A stretch of 64,000 nt of DNA from Myxococcota bacterium (GTDB lineage Bacteria; Myxococcota_A; Polyangia; Polyangiales; Sandaracinaceae), in contig JAYZQJ010000149.1 of NCBI GenBank assembly GCA_036149055.1, positions 1 to 64,000 on the forward strand, written 5' to 3'. The notes under the pieces were generated by a model, which saw only the letters and a list, made by a program, of their open reading frames with translations, ran no database searches and had not been told where the DNA came from. Shown here piece after piece: positions 51,716-63,081 of the stretch (within the stretch, counting starts at the first letter, position 1; every line of letters begins with the position of its first letter). A program made the position numbers and the translations under genes.

Positions 51716-53179
<1,464 letters not shown>

Positions 53180-53227
53180 GCGTCCACGATACACGATGCG
53201 CCGTGGACGGCGCCCCCCGCCCGGGAG

Positions 53228-54580
53228 CTACCGGAAGAGCGCGCCGATCTGACCGGGGACCTCGCCGAGATCGCTCGGGACGCCGACGGAGTGCATCGCG
53301 GTCGAGAGCAGCTGCGCCGGGTGCGCGCCGCCGCTCGCGATCGTCTCGCCCGCGCGGAGCACGTCGGGGCGGCCCGCGATCAGGCTGGTGTTGTTGCTGT
53401 ACGCGTGCGCCCCCTCGCCCTCGAAGAGCATCACGAGCACGGTCCGGTCCAGCAGGGTCCCGCCCCCCTCCGGGGTGTCGCGCAGGCGGCGCACGAGGCG
53501 CGCGAACTGGGCGACGTGCCAGTTGGTGATCTCCGCCAGCGCGGCGGGCGCGCTCCGGAGGTCGGAGTGGGTCACCTCGTGCACGTCGAGGTCGAGGCCG
53601 GCGATGGGCTGCGCGCTCATCTTCGACTGCCAGTAGCTCAGGAGCCACGAGACGCTGCGGCTCAGGTCGCACGCGAAGGCCATCGCGATCAGGTCCGCGA
53701 TGATCTCGCCGCGCGCGGTCTCGCCGGACCACCCGTAGGCGCCGTCGGTGGGGTCCGCGCCCGGGTCCGGGAACGCGCCGCAGCCCATCGTCGCGCCGCC
53801 CGGAGGAGGCGTCGTGGGCGGGGGCATCGCGCCGGCGTCGAGGTCGGCCTGGATGCGGCGCTCGAGGGCGCGGATCTCCTCGAAGTGTCGCTCGAGCCGC
53901 TCCCGGTCCTGCAGGCTGGCGATCCCGAGCAGCCGACGCGCGCGGCGGGACACGAGGTCGAGCACGCTGCGATCTTGCCGCAGCAGCTGGTCGGTCATCG
54001 ACGGCGTCCCGGGCGAGGTCGGCGGCGCGCTCGGGGAGCCGCCGAAGAGCTGCTGCCACGCGATCCGCGGGCTGGCGATCGGGGTCACCTTGGCGCCGCC
54101 CGTGGTCACGCTCATGGCGCCCTCCCCGCCGATGTACGCCTCCTTCTGGGTGCGGTAGGCGAGCGAGTGGAACCGCGTGGTCCCCGCCCAGGCGTCCGCG
54201 ACGATCTGGTCGGCGGTGGTGTCGCGCAAGCCCTTGCGCGTGTCGGTGGAGCGGACCCCGCTCACCAGCGGGTTGATGATGGTGGGGTGGAAGGGACCGG
54301 GAGGCCGCCCTCCCGGCTGGGGCGTGCGGTCCGCCTCGATCGACATGCCCGTCACGAAGGTCACCTCGTCTCGCAGATCGGCAAGCGCGGCGAAGTTGGC
54401 GCTCGTCGGGCCGTTGGGTCGCGCCTGCGCGATCCCCTGCGCGGCGACCAGGAAGCGACACGGGGTGCCGCCGGAGGCCGAGGCGCTCGGGCGCATGATG
54501 TCCAGCAGCGGGAGCGAGACCGCGACGCCCCCGGCGCCGGCGAGGATGGCGCGGCGGCCGATTCGCTTTGCACGCTTCAT
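53228..54580 (-). CDS. DUF1552 domain protein with Tat-like signal
   Basis: IGRRAILAGAGG..LPLL; SVLD; DRERLERHFEEIRALERRI; MAFACD; EGGGTLLD. Confidence 0.88.
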   Translation of the reverse strand: MKRAKRIGRRAILAGAGGVAVSLPLLDIMRPSASASGGTPCRFLVAAQGIAQARPNGPTSANFAALADLRDEVTFVTGMSIEADRTPQPGGRPPGPFHPTIINPLVSGVRSTDTRKGLRDTTADQIVADAWAGTTRFHSLAYRTQKEAYIGGEGAMSVTTGGAKVTPIASPRIAWQQLFGGSPSAPPTSPGTPSMTDQLLRQDRSVLDLVSRRARRLLGIASLQDRERLERHFEEIRALERRIQADLDAGAMPPPTTPPPGGATMGCGAFPDPGADPTDGAYGWSGETARGEIIADLIAMAFACDLSRSVSWLLSYWQSKMSAQPIAGLDLDVHEVTHSDLRSAPAALAEITNWHVAQFARLVRRLRDTPEGGGTLLDRTVLVMLFEGEGAHAYSNNTSLIAGRPDVLRAGETIASGGAHPAQLLSTAMHSVGVPSDLGEVPGQIGALFR

Positions 54581-56214
54581 CAGTTCGTCTCCAGGCGATG
54601 ACGGAAGCTCTCGCTCCCGACGAGGTCGAGGATGAGGTCGAGGAGATCGCCGCTCTCGAGGAAGCGCGCCTCGAGGGACTCGAGCGTCTCGTGGTCGGCG
54701 GCGGTGTACTGCCGGCCCACGGCGTACTGGAACATCTGTCGCGCGAAGCAGGACTGGAGGTGCGCGGTCGAGGCGAGCTGCGTCCCGAGCTCCCCCGGCC
54801 CGCTGAACGTCCGCGCGTCCACGCTCCCGTCCGGGCGCGGGAGGCGGAGCTCGCCGCGGCCCTCGATCGCGCAGTGGGGCCGGTCCTCTTCGACCTCGCG
54901 CAGCCGCCCCAGCGGGCCGTAGCGCTCGAGACCGAAGCCGATGGGATCCATGCGCTGGTGACACGTCTCGCAGCCGGACGTGCGGGACATGTCCCAGCGC
55001 TCGACCTTGCACTCGTCGGGATCCCCGGGCGGGAGCTCGTCGGTGGCCACGCCGTCCGGGGGCGGCGGGATGGTCTGGCAGAGCAGCCGCTCGAACACGA
55101 GCAGGCCACGCATGGTGGGCGAGGTGACGCCGAGCTTGGTGCCCCCGCTGAGGAAGCTGCCGTGCGAGAGGAGCCCGCGGCGCTCGTCGGTGTACCGGAC
55201 CCAGCCCGGCTCGGCCTGCGGCGCCATGCCGTAGTGCTCCGCGAGCCGCGGCGTGACGAAGGTCTCCTCGGACGTGAAGAGATCGAGCCAGGGCCGCTGC
55301 TCGTCGAAGAGCACGCGCTCGATCAGGCGGTCGCTCTCCAGGCGCAGGTCGTCCCGGATCGGGTCGCTCACCGGGATGCGCTCGTAGCCGAGCCACATCG
55401 CGTGGAGGTTCTGGATCTGGCCGCGCGCGCGGGGGTCCGCCATGAGCCGCGCCGCCTGCACCCGGATGTGGGCCGGGGTCCGGAGCTCTCCCGCCTGCGC
55501 CGCGTCGAGCAGCGCGTCGTCGGGGCCGGCGCCCCAGAGCAGGAAGGACAGCCGCGAGGCGAGCTCGAAGTCGGTCAGCGCACGCAGATCGGGGTCGGGG
55601 GTGGGCGCGCCGATCTCGACCCGGTAGAGGTGCTCGACGTCTTGCAGGAGCGCCCGGAGGACCAGCCGCGGCGCGACCCAGAAGTCCCCCTGCGCTTCGG
55701 CGTGCTCGATCAGCGAGGCGAGCTCGGCCACCTCGTCCGGGGTCAGGGGTCGGCGGAGCAGGCGGCGCCCGATGCGCTCGACGAACGCGGAGAGGCAGCC
55801 CCGATCCGTCGGGCCGGTCGGCGCGCATCCCACCATCGCGCGGAGCGAAGGATCGTCGATGGCGGCGACCACCTGCCCCGCGAAGACCCGGGCCCCTTCG
55901 GTCAGCGCCGCCGAGGGATGCTGGGTCGAGGCGTCGTTGTCGAAGGGCGTCCGCTCGTCCTCGGGCAGCGCGTCGAGGTACGGCGTGGCGTCCACGCCGA
56001 GCGCGTCACGGAGCGTGCGCTGCAGCTCGGCGCGAGAGAGGCGCCGGAGGTGGACCGGGCCGAGCCCGGCGCCGTGCATGAGCGGGTCGACGCCGTCGGG
56101 CACGTAGCCCTCGCCGCCGGGACGCAGCGGGTCGGACGACGCGTCCTCGCAGGCCACCGCGCCGCTCGCGAGGGCGGCGACGAGGAGAACCCTCGTGAGA
56201 CTGGACATCCGCAT
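54580..56214 (-). CDS. DUF1592/DUF1588/DUF1595/DUF1585 domain lipoprotein with CxxCH haem motif
   Basis: Lipobox AVAC; LRRLS, ELASRLSFLLW..PD, RRGLL, TSPTMRG, CETCHQRMDPIGFGLE. Confidence 0.9.
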   Translation of the reverse strand: MRMSSLTRVLLVAALASGAVACEDASSDPLRPGGEGYVPDGVDPLMHGAGLGPVHLRRLSRAELQRTLRDALGVDATPYLDALPEDERTPFDNDASTQHPSAALTEGARVFAGQVVAAIDDPSLRAMVGCAPTGPTDRGCLSAFVERIGRRLLRRPLTPDEVAELASLIEHAEAQGDFWVAPRLVLRALLQDVEHLYRVEIGAPTPDPDLRALTDFELASRLSFLLWGAGPDDALLDAAQAGELRTPAHIRVQAARLMADPRARGQIQNLHAMWLGYERIPVSDPIRDDLRLESDRLIERVLFDEQRPWLDLFTSEETFVTPRLAEHYGMAPQAEPGWVRYTDERRGLLSHGSFLSGGTKLGVTSPTMRGLLVFERLLCQTIPPPPDGVATDELPPGDPDECKVERWDMSRTSGCETCHQRMDPIGFGLERYGPLGRLREVEEDRPHCAIEGRGELRLPRPDGSVDARTFSGPGELGTQLASTAHLQSCFARQMFQYAVGRQYTAADHETLESLEARFLESGDLLDLILDLVGSESFRHRLETN

Positions 56215-56711
56215 CACTCCCTGCACTCCAGCCCGCGGTCCGTCTCGCGGCACGAGGTGCCGGCGCAGCAGGGGATCGCGCTGCAGTCCTCGCGCAGGGC
56301 GGCGCACACCCCGGTCGCGCCGGCGTCGGACACTGCGCCCGCGTCGGAAGCTGCGCCCGCGTCGGAAGCCGCGCCCCCGTCGGAGATCGCGCCCCCGTCG
56401 GAAGCCGCGCCCGCGTCGGAGGCCGCGCCCCCGTCGGAGGCCACGCCCGCGTCGGCCGCGCCGCCGTCGGCGAGGTCCATGCCGCAGATCCGGCCCGCGA
56501 TGCACGTGAGGCCCGCGCAGCAGACGCCGCCCCCCGTGCAGCTGTCTCCCATGTCGAGGCAGGCGCCGCTGGGCACCGCGCCGTCGCCGCGCTCGACGCC
56601 GCCGTCCCCGACGGACACCTCCGCGGTGCAGGCCACGCTCAGCACGACCGTGAGCACGACGTACAGCTCCCTCCACGTCGACGCGCGCGCCGACGAGCTC
56701 GTCTGGTCCAT
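56214..56711 (-). CDS. Small lipoprotein with two C-C-CC-C-C (knottin-like) modules separated by 6-aa D(A/G)GAAS repeats
   Basis: SD GGAGG; lipobox SVAC; Cys pattern; 18-bp repeats at about 56318-56470. Confidence 0.8.
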   Translation of the reverse strand: MDQTSSSARASTWRELYVVLTVVLSVACTAEVSVGDGGVERGDGAVPSGACLDMGDSCTGGGVCCAGLTCIAGRICGMDLADGGAADAGVASDGGAASDAGAASDGGAISDGGAASDAGAASDAGAVSDAGATGVCAALREDCSAIPCCAGTSCRETDRGLECRE

Positions 56712-56758
56712 GTCTCCTCCAGCTCGATCGCGCGCGCCGATCGGGTGCGCGCTCGACC

Positions 56759-56790
56759 GTGGGTCGCGCGGGCCGGCGCTCGTGATGAAG
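56759..56790 (-). promoter_or_regulatory. ECF-type promoter (target copy) CTTCATCACG-N13-GCGACCCA
   Basis: Same motif and spacing as 59169-59200; A-tract upstream. Confidence 0.75.
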
Positions 56791-56831
56791 GTTTCTCGAG
56801 GTCGGCGTCGTTTTTTTCGCGCGAGGGCCCT

Positions 56832-57389
56832 TCACCCGCCCGGGCAGGCGGAGCCGCACGCGAACACGCCGGGCGCGCAGTCCATCCAGCTGGTCGGACA
56901 GCTCGTGACGTCGCAGGGCGAGGCGAGGCAACGGACGGTGCAATCACCCGAAGGACACTCGACCTCGCAGGCGGCCTCGCAGACGATCTCGCAGCGCCCG
57001 TGGAGGCACGCCACGCGGCCCGTCTCGAGCGCGGTCACCGTGCAGCGCGCCTGATCGGCGCGGCAGTAGTCGAAGGCGGAGGCGGCGCGGCCGCACGCGG
57101 CGCCGTCGTCGCACTGCAGGGTCCCCACGACCGGCTCGCGCAGCCCCACGCGGCACGCCCCGCGAGGCGCGCAGACGAGGCCGCAGCGGTCGCAGCCCTC
57201 GCAGGCCGGAGCGCAGCCGGCGCAGTCCTCCGCGCCCGAGAGACACGCGAGGGCGCCGCCGTCCGACGCCCCGCCGTCCGACGCCCCGCCGTCCCGTTCG
57301 CCGGCGTCGTCGCCGGGGAGCAGCTCGCGGTCGGTGGCCGCGCAGCCCGCGAGCGAGAGCGCGACGCCGAGGGCGACCCAGACCCTCAC
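56832..57389 (-). CDS. Cys-rich lipoprotein (module 2)
   Basis: Lipobox LAGC; dense Cys; GTGA overlap with the FecR stop. Confidence 0.8.
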   Translation of the reverse strand: MRVWVALGVALSLAGCAATDRELLPGDDAGERDGGASDGGASDGGALACLSGAEDCAGCAPACEGCDRCGLVCAPRGACRVGLREPVVGTLQCDDGAACGRAASAFDYCRADQARCTVTALETGRVACLHGRCEIVCEAACEVECPSGDCTVRCLASPCDVTSCPTSWMDCAPGVFACGSACPGG

Positions 57390-58546
57390 GGCGCGTGCGC
57401 GTCCAGCCATCGCTGCGCGGCGCGGGCCTGCGGGGTGCCGGCGTGGCGAGCGAGCACGCGGCGCGCGGCGGCGACCGCACCGGAGGTGTCGCCGGCCGCC
57501 TCCCGGACCTGGACGAGAAGCCAGCCGGCCTCCGCGCCGAAGACGCCCTCCCCGAAGCGCGCGCGGGAGGTCAGCGCGCGGCGCGCGGCCCGGGGATCGC
57601 CCGCGTCCAGCTCCATCCGGGCCAGGCGGATCCACGCGCCTTCGGAGGTGGGCCCGCGCCCCGCCCCGGCCTGCCGGTAGAGCTCCCGCGCCGTCGCGAG
57701 ATCCCCCTGCCGGCGGGCGGCCTCGGCGCGAATCGCGAGCGTGTCGGGGTCCTGCGCCTCCGGCGTGGGGGCGACGTCGGGCGCGCGGCGGCGGGGGCGC
57801 GGTCGGGAGGCGGCGACGACCTCGGGCGCGGCGCTCCAGGCTTCGACCTCGGCCCGCAGCGTCGCCCCGTCCGCGGACACCACCCGCCCGTCGCGCCACG
57901 ACGCTCCACCGTCGAGGAAGACCTCACCGTCCTCGGTCCGGACCGACACGCGCCCCTCGGCGACGCTGACCGCGGCCTCGGGCTCGAGCGACACCCGGAA
58001 GATGGTGCCGTGCACGGTCACCAGCGCGTCGGGGGTCTCGACCTGCAGCGTGCCGCCGCCGAGATCGCGCGCGTGCACGGTGACCGCGCCCTCGTCGAGC
58101 CGGAGCCGGAGCGCGCAGCCGGACGCCTCGACGACCGCCACGCGCGCGTCGCCCGAGGGCTCGAAGGCCACGAACCCCACGTCTCGGCGAGCGGTCACCG
58201 GCCCGATCGTCAGCCCGGCCGGCCGGCGATCGCACGCCCGCTGGACGGCGGGCTCGACGGCGCCAGGCGCGGTCGCTTCTGGAGCCTCCGGCGCGGGCGG
58301 TCGCTCGGCCACCGCCGGCGGCTCGACGCTCTCTGGGGTCCCGAGCCAGATCGCCAGCGGCACCGCCGCCGCGAGCGCCACCGCGGCGGCCGCGCCGACC
58401 TGCCGGCGCACCCGCGCGCGCCGGATCTCGCGGCCCCCTTCCCGGGCGAGCCAGCCCGCGACCTCACCCGCCCCGGCGTCGACCGGCTCTTCCGCGTCCG
58501 CCGCGTCGCGCAGCGCCCCGCGGAGTCGTTCGTCGAGCTGGCTCAT
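57386..58546 (-). CDS. FecR-domain anti-sigma factor with C-terminal TPR region
   Basis: TM helix; LRLDEG, VTVHGTIFRV, VSVAEGRVSV; TPR-like C-terminus; ATGA overlap with the sigma gene. Confidence 0.88.
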   Translation of the reverse strand: MSQLDERLRGALRDAADAEEPVDAGAGEVAGWLAREGGREIRRARVRRQVGAAAAVALAAAVPLAIWLGTPESVEPPAVAERPPAPEAPEATAPGAVEPAVQRACDRRPAGLTIGPVTARRDVGFVAFEPSGDARVAVVEASGCALRLRLDEGAVTVHARDLGGGTLQVETPDALVTVHGTIFRVSLEPEAAVSVAEGRVSVRTEDGEVFLDGGASWRDGRVVSADGATLRAEVEAWSAAPEVVAASRPRPRRRAPDVAPTPEAQDPDTLAIRAEAARRQGDLATARELYRQAGAGRGPTSEGAWIRLARMELDAGDPRAARRALTSRARFGEGVFGAEAGWLLVQVREAAGDTSGAVAAARRVLARHAGTPQARAAQRWLDAHAP

Positions 58547-59163
58547 GGCTCCTCCAGCATCTCACGCAGATAGGGGTCGGTCTTGGCGAGGCGCCGGAGC
58601 TCCTTCTGCGCGTAGTAGATCCGCGAGCGCGTCGCCGACACCGAGGCCCCCATCAGCGCGGCGACCTCCTCGACGTCGGAGCCGTCGAGCGCCCACAGCA
58701 AGAAGGCGATGCGCTTCTTGGCCGAGAGCTTGGCGAGGGCGCGGCGGGTGCGGCGCAAGCGCTCGGCGGCGAGGCTGCGCGCGTCCGGACCGCTGCGGGG
58801 GTCCACCGGCTCCTCGGGGAGCTCGGCGCGGCGACGGAACCACGGGCTGGGTCGCATCGCCCGACGGGCCACCGTCACCGCGATGCCGCCGATGAAGGTC
58901 GAGAGCGCGCTGTCCCCGCGGAAGCGGTGGAGGGACCGGCAGAGCTCCAGGAACACCGTCTGCACGAGGTCGTCCAGGTCGTCCCGCGGCCCGAGCAACC
59001 GGGTCAGCAGCCGGCGCACCCGGCCCTCGTGCTCGCTCGCGATCCGGTGCAGCGCGGCGCGATCGCCCTCCAGGGCTCGCCCCACGAGGCTCGCGTCGCG
59101 ATCACGCCCGGTCGAGGGCGCGGCGAACGAACGTGGGACGGACTCCGTCAAGGCGGGGCTCAC
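58543..59163 (-). CDS. ECF sigma-70 factor (module 2)
   Basis: DLDDLVQTVF...FRGDSALSTFI; VEEVAALMGASVSATRSRIYYA; GTG start inferred from promoter position. Confidence 0.9.
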   Translation of the reverse strand: MSPALTESVPRSFAAPSTGRDRDASLVGRALEGDRAALHRIASEHEGRVRRLLTRLLGPRDDLDDLVQTVFLELCRSLHRFRGDSALSTFIGGIAVTVARRAMRPSPWFRRRAELPEEPVDPRSGPDARSLAAERLRRTRRALAKLSAKKRIAFLLWALDGSDVEEVAALMGASVSATRSRIYYAQKELRRLAKTDPYLREMLEEP

Positions 59164-59168
59164 GAGGG

Positions 59169-59200
59169 ATGAGTCGCCGCGGGAGGCCTCCGTGATGAAG
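59169..59200 (-). promoter_or_regulatory. ECF-type promoter (autoregulatory copy) CTTCATCACG-N13-GCGACTCA
   Basis: Ends 5-6 nt before the sigma GTG; A7 tract upstream; matches 56759-56790. Confidence 0.75.
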
Positions 59201-59207
59201 CTTTTTT

Positions 59208-60326
59208 TCACTCCGTCTCCCAGCGGAGCCCCACGCGAGCCACGCCGAGCCAGGGGCCGTCGCTCGCGAGCGCCTCGCCCCGGACGAGCAGCCGCTCGCC
59301 GGCCGGGTCGAGGTAGGCGCCGCCGCCCACCCACAGGCGCAGCCCGGCGATCAGGCGGACCTCGACCGACGCCTCGCCCCCGAGGGTGAACGCCCACCGC
59401 TCCACCGCGACGCGGGGGGCGCCGTCGTCGCCGATCACCTGCGCCTGGGTGAGGCCGACGCCGGCCGCGAGGTCGAGGCTCAGCTCCACCGGGTCGAGCG
59501 CGCCGAAGACCACGCCGACGCCTCCCCGGACGTCGTTCCGCGCCACCCCGAGCCGATCGACGCCGGTCGCCGACGAGGGCGCCTCCCAGCCTCCGAAGAG
59601 CGCCGCGGCGAGGTGGAGCGTGCCGCGAAAGACCGGCCGGCCGTAGGCGAGGCCGACCCGCACGAAGGGTCGGTGCCACGCGGTCAGCGGCCCGTCGGCG
59701 ACGGTGAGCTCGTACCCCGCGGCGACGCGCAACGTCACCGCGTCGCCGTCCGCCTCGACCGGCGCGACCTCGGGATCGGTGACCGCAGGCGGCGACGTCG
59801 CGAGCGCGGCGGCGGTGACCGGGGTCTCCGAAGCGGTGGGCGCCGCGACCGGCTCGGGGTCCGTCGGCGCGGGCTCCGCGTCCGCGCGCGCCTCCGCGGA
59901 GACGGCCACCGCGTTCGTCGGCTCCGCTTCCCCGGACTGCGCCGGGGCGGGCTCGGTCGGCGCCGCGAGGGGCAGCGCGAGCAGCTCGGCGGAGAGGACC
60001 GCGATCGCGTAGTGGGTCAGCTCGCCCGACGGGAGCTCGCGCGCGAGGACCTCGCCCGACCCGCGCCGGACCGCGCGGATCGTGCCCGCGCCGAGGTCGA
60101 GCTGCAGCACGGCGACGCGATCGCCGTCGTCGCGCGCCTCGATCGCCTCCGAGAGCGTGAGGTCGTCGCGCAGCCGCGCGCCGTCGAACACCCGGGCGAG
60201 AAAGAGCGCCGCCCCCACGTCGCCCTCCGTCGAGGGGAGGATGAGCAGCGTCGCGTCCTGCTGCGCTCGGCCCCGTCCAGGCGCGACGCCGAGGAGGAGG
60301 AGCGAGAGCCAGACCGCCGCGCGCAT
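59208..60326 (-). CDS. Secreted protein: N-terminal domain, Pro/Ala/Glu linker, C-terminal beta-barrel-like region (module 2)
   Basis: Signal peptide; amphipathic strands ending ARVGLRW; architecture parallels 12390-13511. Confidence 0.75.
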   Translation of the reverse strand: MRAAVWLSLLLLGVAPGRGRAQQDATLLILPSTEGDVGAALFLARVFDGARLRDDLTLSEAIEARDDGDRVAVLQLDLGAGTIRAVRRGSGEVLARELPSGELTHYAIAVLSAELLALPLAAPTEPAPAQSGEAEPTNAVAVSAEARADAEPAPTDPEPVAAPTASETPVTAAALATSPPAVTDPEVAPVEADGDAVTLRVAAGYELTVADGPLTAWHRPFVRVGLAYGRPVFRGTLHLAAALFGGWEAPSSATGVDRLGVARNDVRGGVGVVFGALDPVELSLDLAAGVGLTQAQVIGDDGAPRVAVERWAFTLGGEASVEVRLIAGLRLWVGGGAYLDPAGERLLVRGEALASDGPWLGVARVGLRWETE

Positions 60327-60374
60327 GCCCCGCGAGTCTGCCACAGCACGGGCGAGCCCCGCGCTCGGCTGGCT

Positions 60375-60617
60375 TCAATCGCCGGTGACGTCGATCTCGG
60401 TGACGGCGTCGTCGGCGTCGACGATGGCGTCGTCGGGGACACGCTCGAGCCACTGCTCGGCGAGGGGGTAGGTGCGGTCGCCGAAGTCCACCTCGATCAG
60501 GCCGTCGGGCGTCTCGCCGAGGACCGTGCCGACCAGGACGCGCGCGAAGTGCGGCAAGGTCAGGGGGCAGTTGGGGGAGACCCGCACGCGGGCGCCGATC
60601 TCGTAGGAGGTGGCCAC
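60375..60617 (-). CDS. Small hypothetical protein (SH3/KOW-like?)
   Basis: IGARVRV...GTVLG...IEVDF...WLE pattern; TG-n-CAGGAT 6 nt before the GTG. Confidence 0.6.
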   Translation of the reverse strand: MATSYEIGARVRVSPNCPLTLPHFARVLVGTVLGETPDGLIEVDFGDRTYPLAEQWLERVPDDAIVDADDAVTEIDVTGD

Positions 60618-60682
60618 CTCCGGATCCTGACAGCGCACGCGAGAGGCGTCACGTTTTCGAGCGGACGTGCTAAGGAGCCGGC

Positions 60683-62075
<1,393 letters not shown>

Positions 62076-62077
<2 letters not shown>

Positions 62078-62104
62078 AGCTGCGGCAAATATTGCCGCAG
62101 CTTC
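62076..62104. terminator. Perfect hairpin at the asnS stop
   Basis: GAAGCTGCGGCAA-ATA-TTGCCGCAGCTTC (13-bp stem); no U-tract on the plus strand. Confidence 0.55.
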
Positions 62105-62199
62105 CACGCGCGCCAGCGCGTGAGATGGGGTGGGAGTCCGAGCCGGCTTTGCCGGTCGGGCGGGAGGGGGCGCATGCCCCCTCCGAGAACTGAGCCCGG

Positions 62200-62790
62200 G
62201 TGCAGCCGGGCGCGGTTCCGCCGTATGGTCCCCGCTCGGTGTCGGTGAAGGTTCGCAGCACGCTGCTCGCGTCCTCCCGCCGGGGTCTGTTCGACCTCGG
62301 CCATCGGGAGGCGTACGTCGAGGCGCTCGGCGACGAGGGGGAGATGCTCGTCGGCGAGGCGGCGATGGTCGCGCAGTGGGTGGACCTCGAGGTGGCGCTG
62401 CGGCACTACCGCGCGGCCGACGCGCTCGGGCTCTCCGAGTCGGAGATGGTCGAGGCGGGCAACGCGGTGGGCGCGCGGGTGGAGGGGGCGCTCTGGGGGA
62501 CGGTGGCCCGCGCGGCGCGGCGAGTGGGGTTCTCGCCGTGGCCGATCCTCAGCCGGCTCGACCGCGTCTGGGGCCGCATGTACCGCGGCGACGCGATCAC
62601 CGTCCGGCAGGTCGGGCCCAAGGACGCGCGCATCGAGGTGAGCGACAACCCGCTCGCCGACGTGCGCTACTGGCGGGTGGCGCTGACCGGCCTGATGCAG
62701 GGGGCGACCCTGATCTTCGCCCGCTCCGCCCACGTCCGCGTCGCGCAGCAGCGCGCCGGCCAGGCGGTCTTCGACGTCTCCTGGGCGTGA
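62200..62790 (+). CDS. Myxobacterial hypothetical protein (DUF2378/TIGR02265-like); likely start GTG 62239
   Basis: VRSTLL, QWVDLE, RVWGRMYRG, GPKDARIE, VSW end. Confidence 0.65.
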   Translation: MQPGAVPPYGPRSVSVKVRSTLLASSRRGLFDLGHREAYVEALGDEGEMLVGEAAMVAQWVDLEVALRHYRAADALGLSESEMVEAGNAVGARVEGALWGTVARAARRVGFSPWPILSRLDRVWGRMYRGDAITVRQVGPKDARIEVSDNPLADVRYWRVALTGLMQGATLIFARSAHVRVAQQRAGQAVFDVSWA

Positions 62791-62800
62791 GCGCCGGGCG

Positions 62801-62956
62801 TCAGAAGGTCAGCTCGAAGAGCGTGTAGAAGAAGGCCGCGAGGACGAGGCCGGGGAGCACCAGCTCCACATAGCCCGCGTCGGCGAGGCTGTTCATCACG
62901 GCGTTCTGATCCACCGCGACGGTCTTGGTCTTCGTGCTGCTGTTCCTCCGGCTCAT
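62801..62956 (-). CDS. Small (51 aa) protein with C-terminal TM helix
   Basis: MSRRNSSTKTK...LVLPGLVLAAFFYTLFELTF; GC-rich third positions; sigma54-like site upstream. Confidence 0.6.
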   Translation of the reverse strand: MSRRNSSTKTKTVAVDQNAVMNSLADAGYVELVLPGLVLAAFFYTLFELTF

Positions 62957-62967
62957 GCCCCGGGTAC

Positions 62968-62983
62968 AGCGAATCCCGGGCCA
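62968..62983 (-). promoter_or_regulatory. Sigma54-like promoter
   Basis: TGGCCCGGGATTCGCT (GG-N10-GC), 12 nt before the ATG. Confidence 0.5.
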
Positions 62984-63081
62984 ACTCCACGGACGTGGCA
63001 GATCGGGCCTCCCCCTGTGGCGTTCTTGCCCACTGAGGCGTCGGATCGCCGACATCGACGTCAGACCTGCGCCGCGCGCTC

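Noticed and set aside
62892..62920. TTCATCACG...GCGAC as a third copy of the module 2 promoter
   Set aside because: Spacer is 15 rather than 13, and it lies antisense inside a CDS
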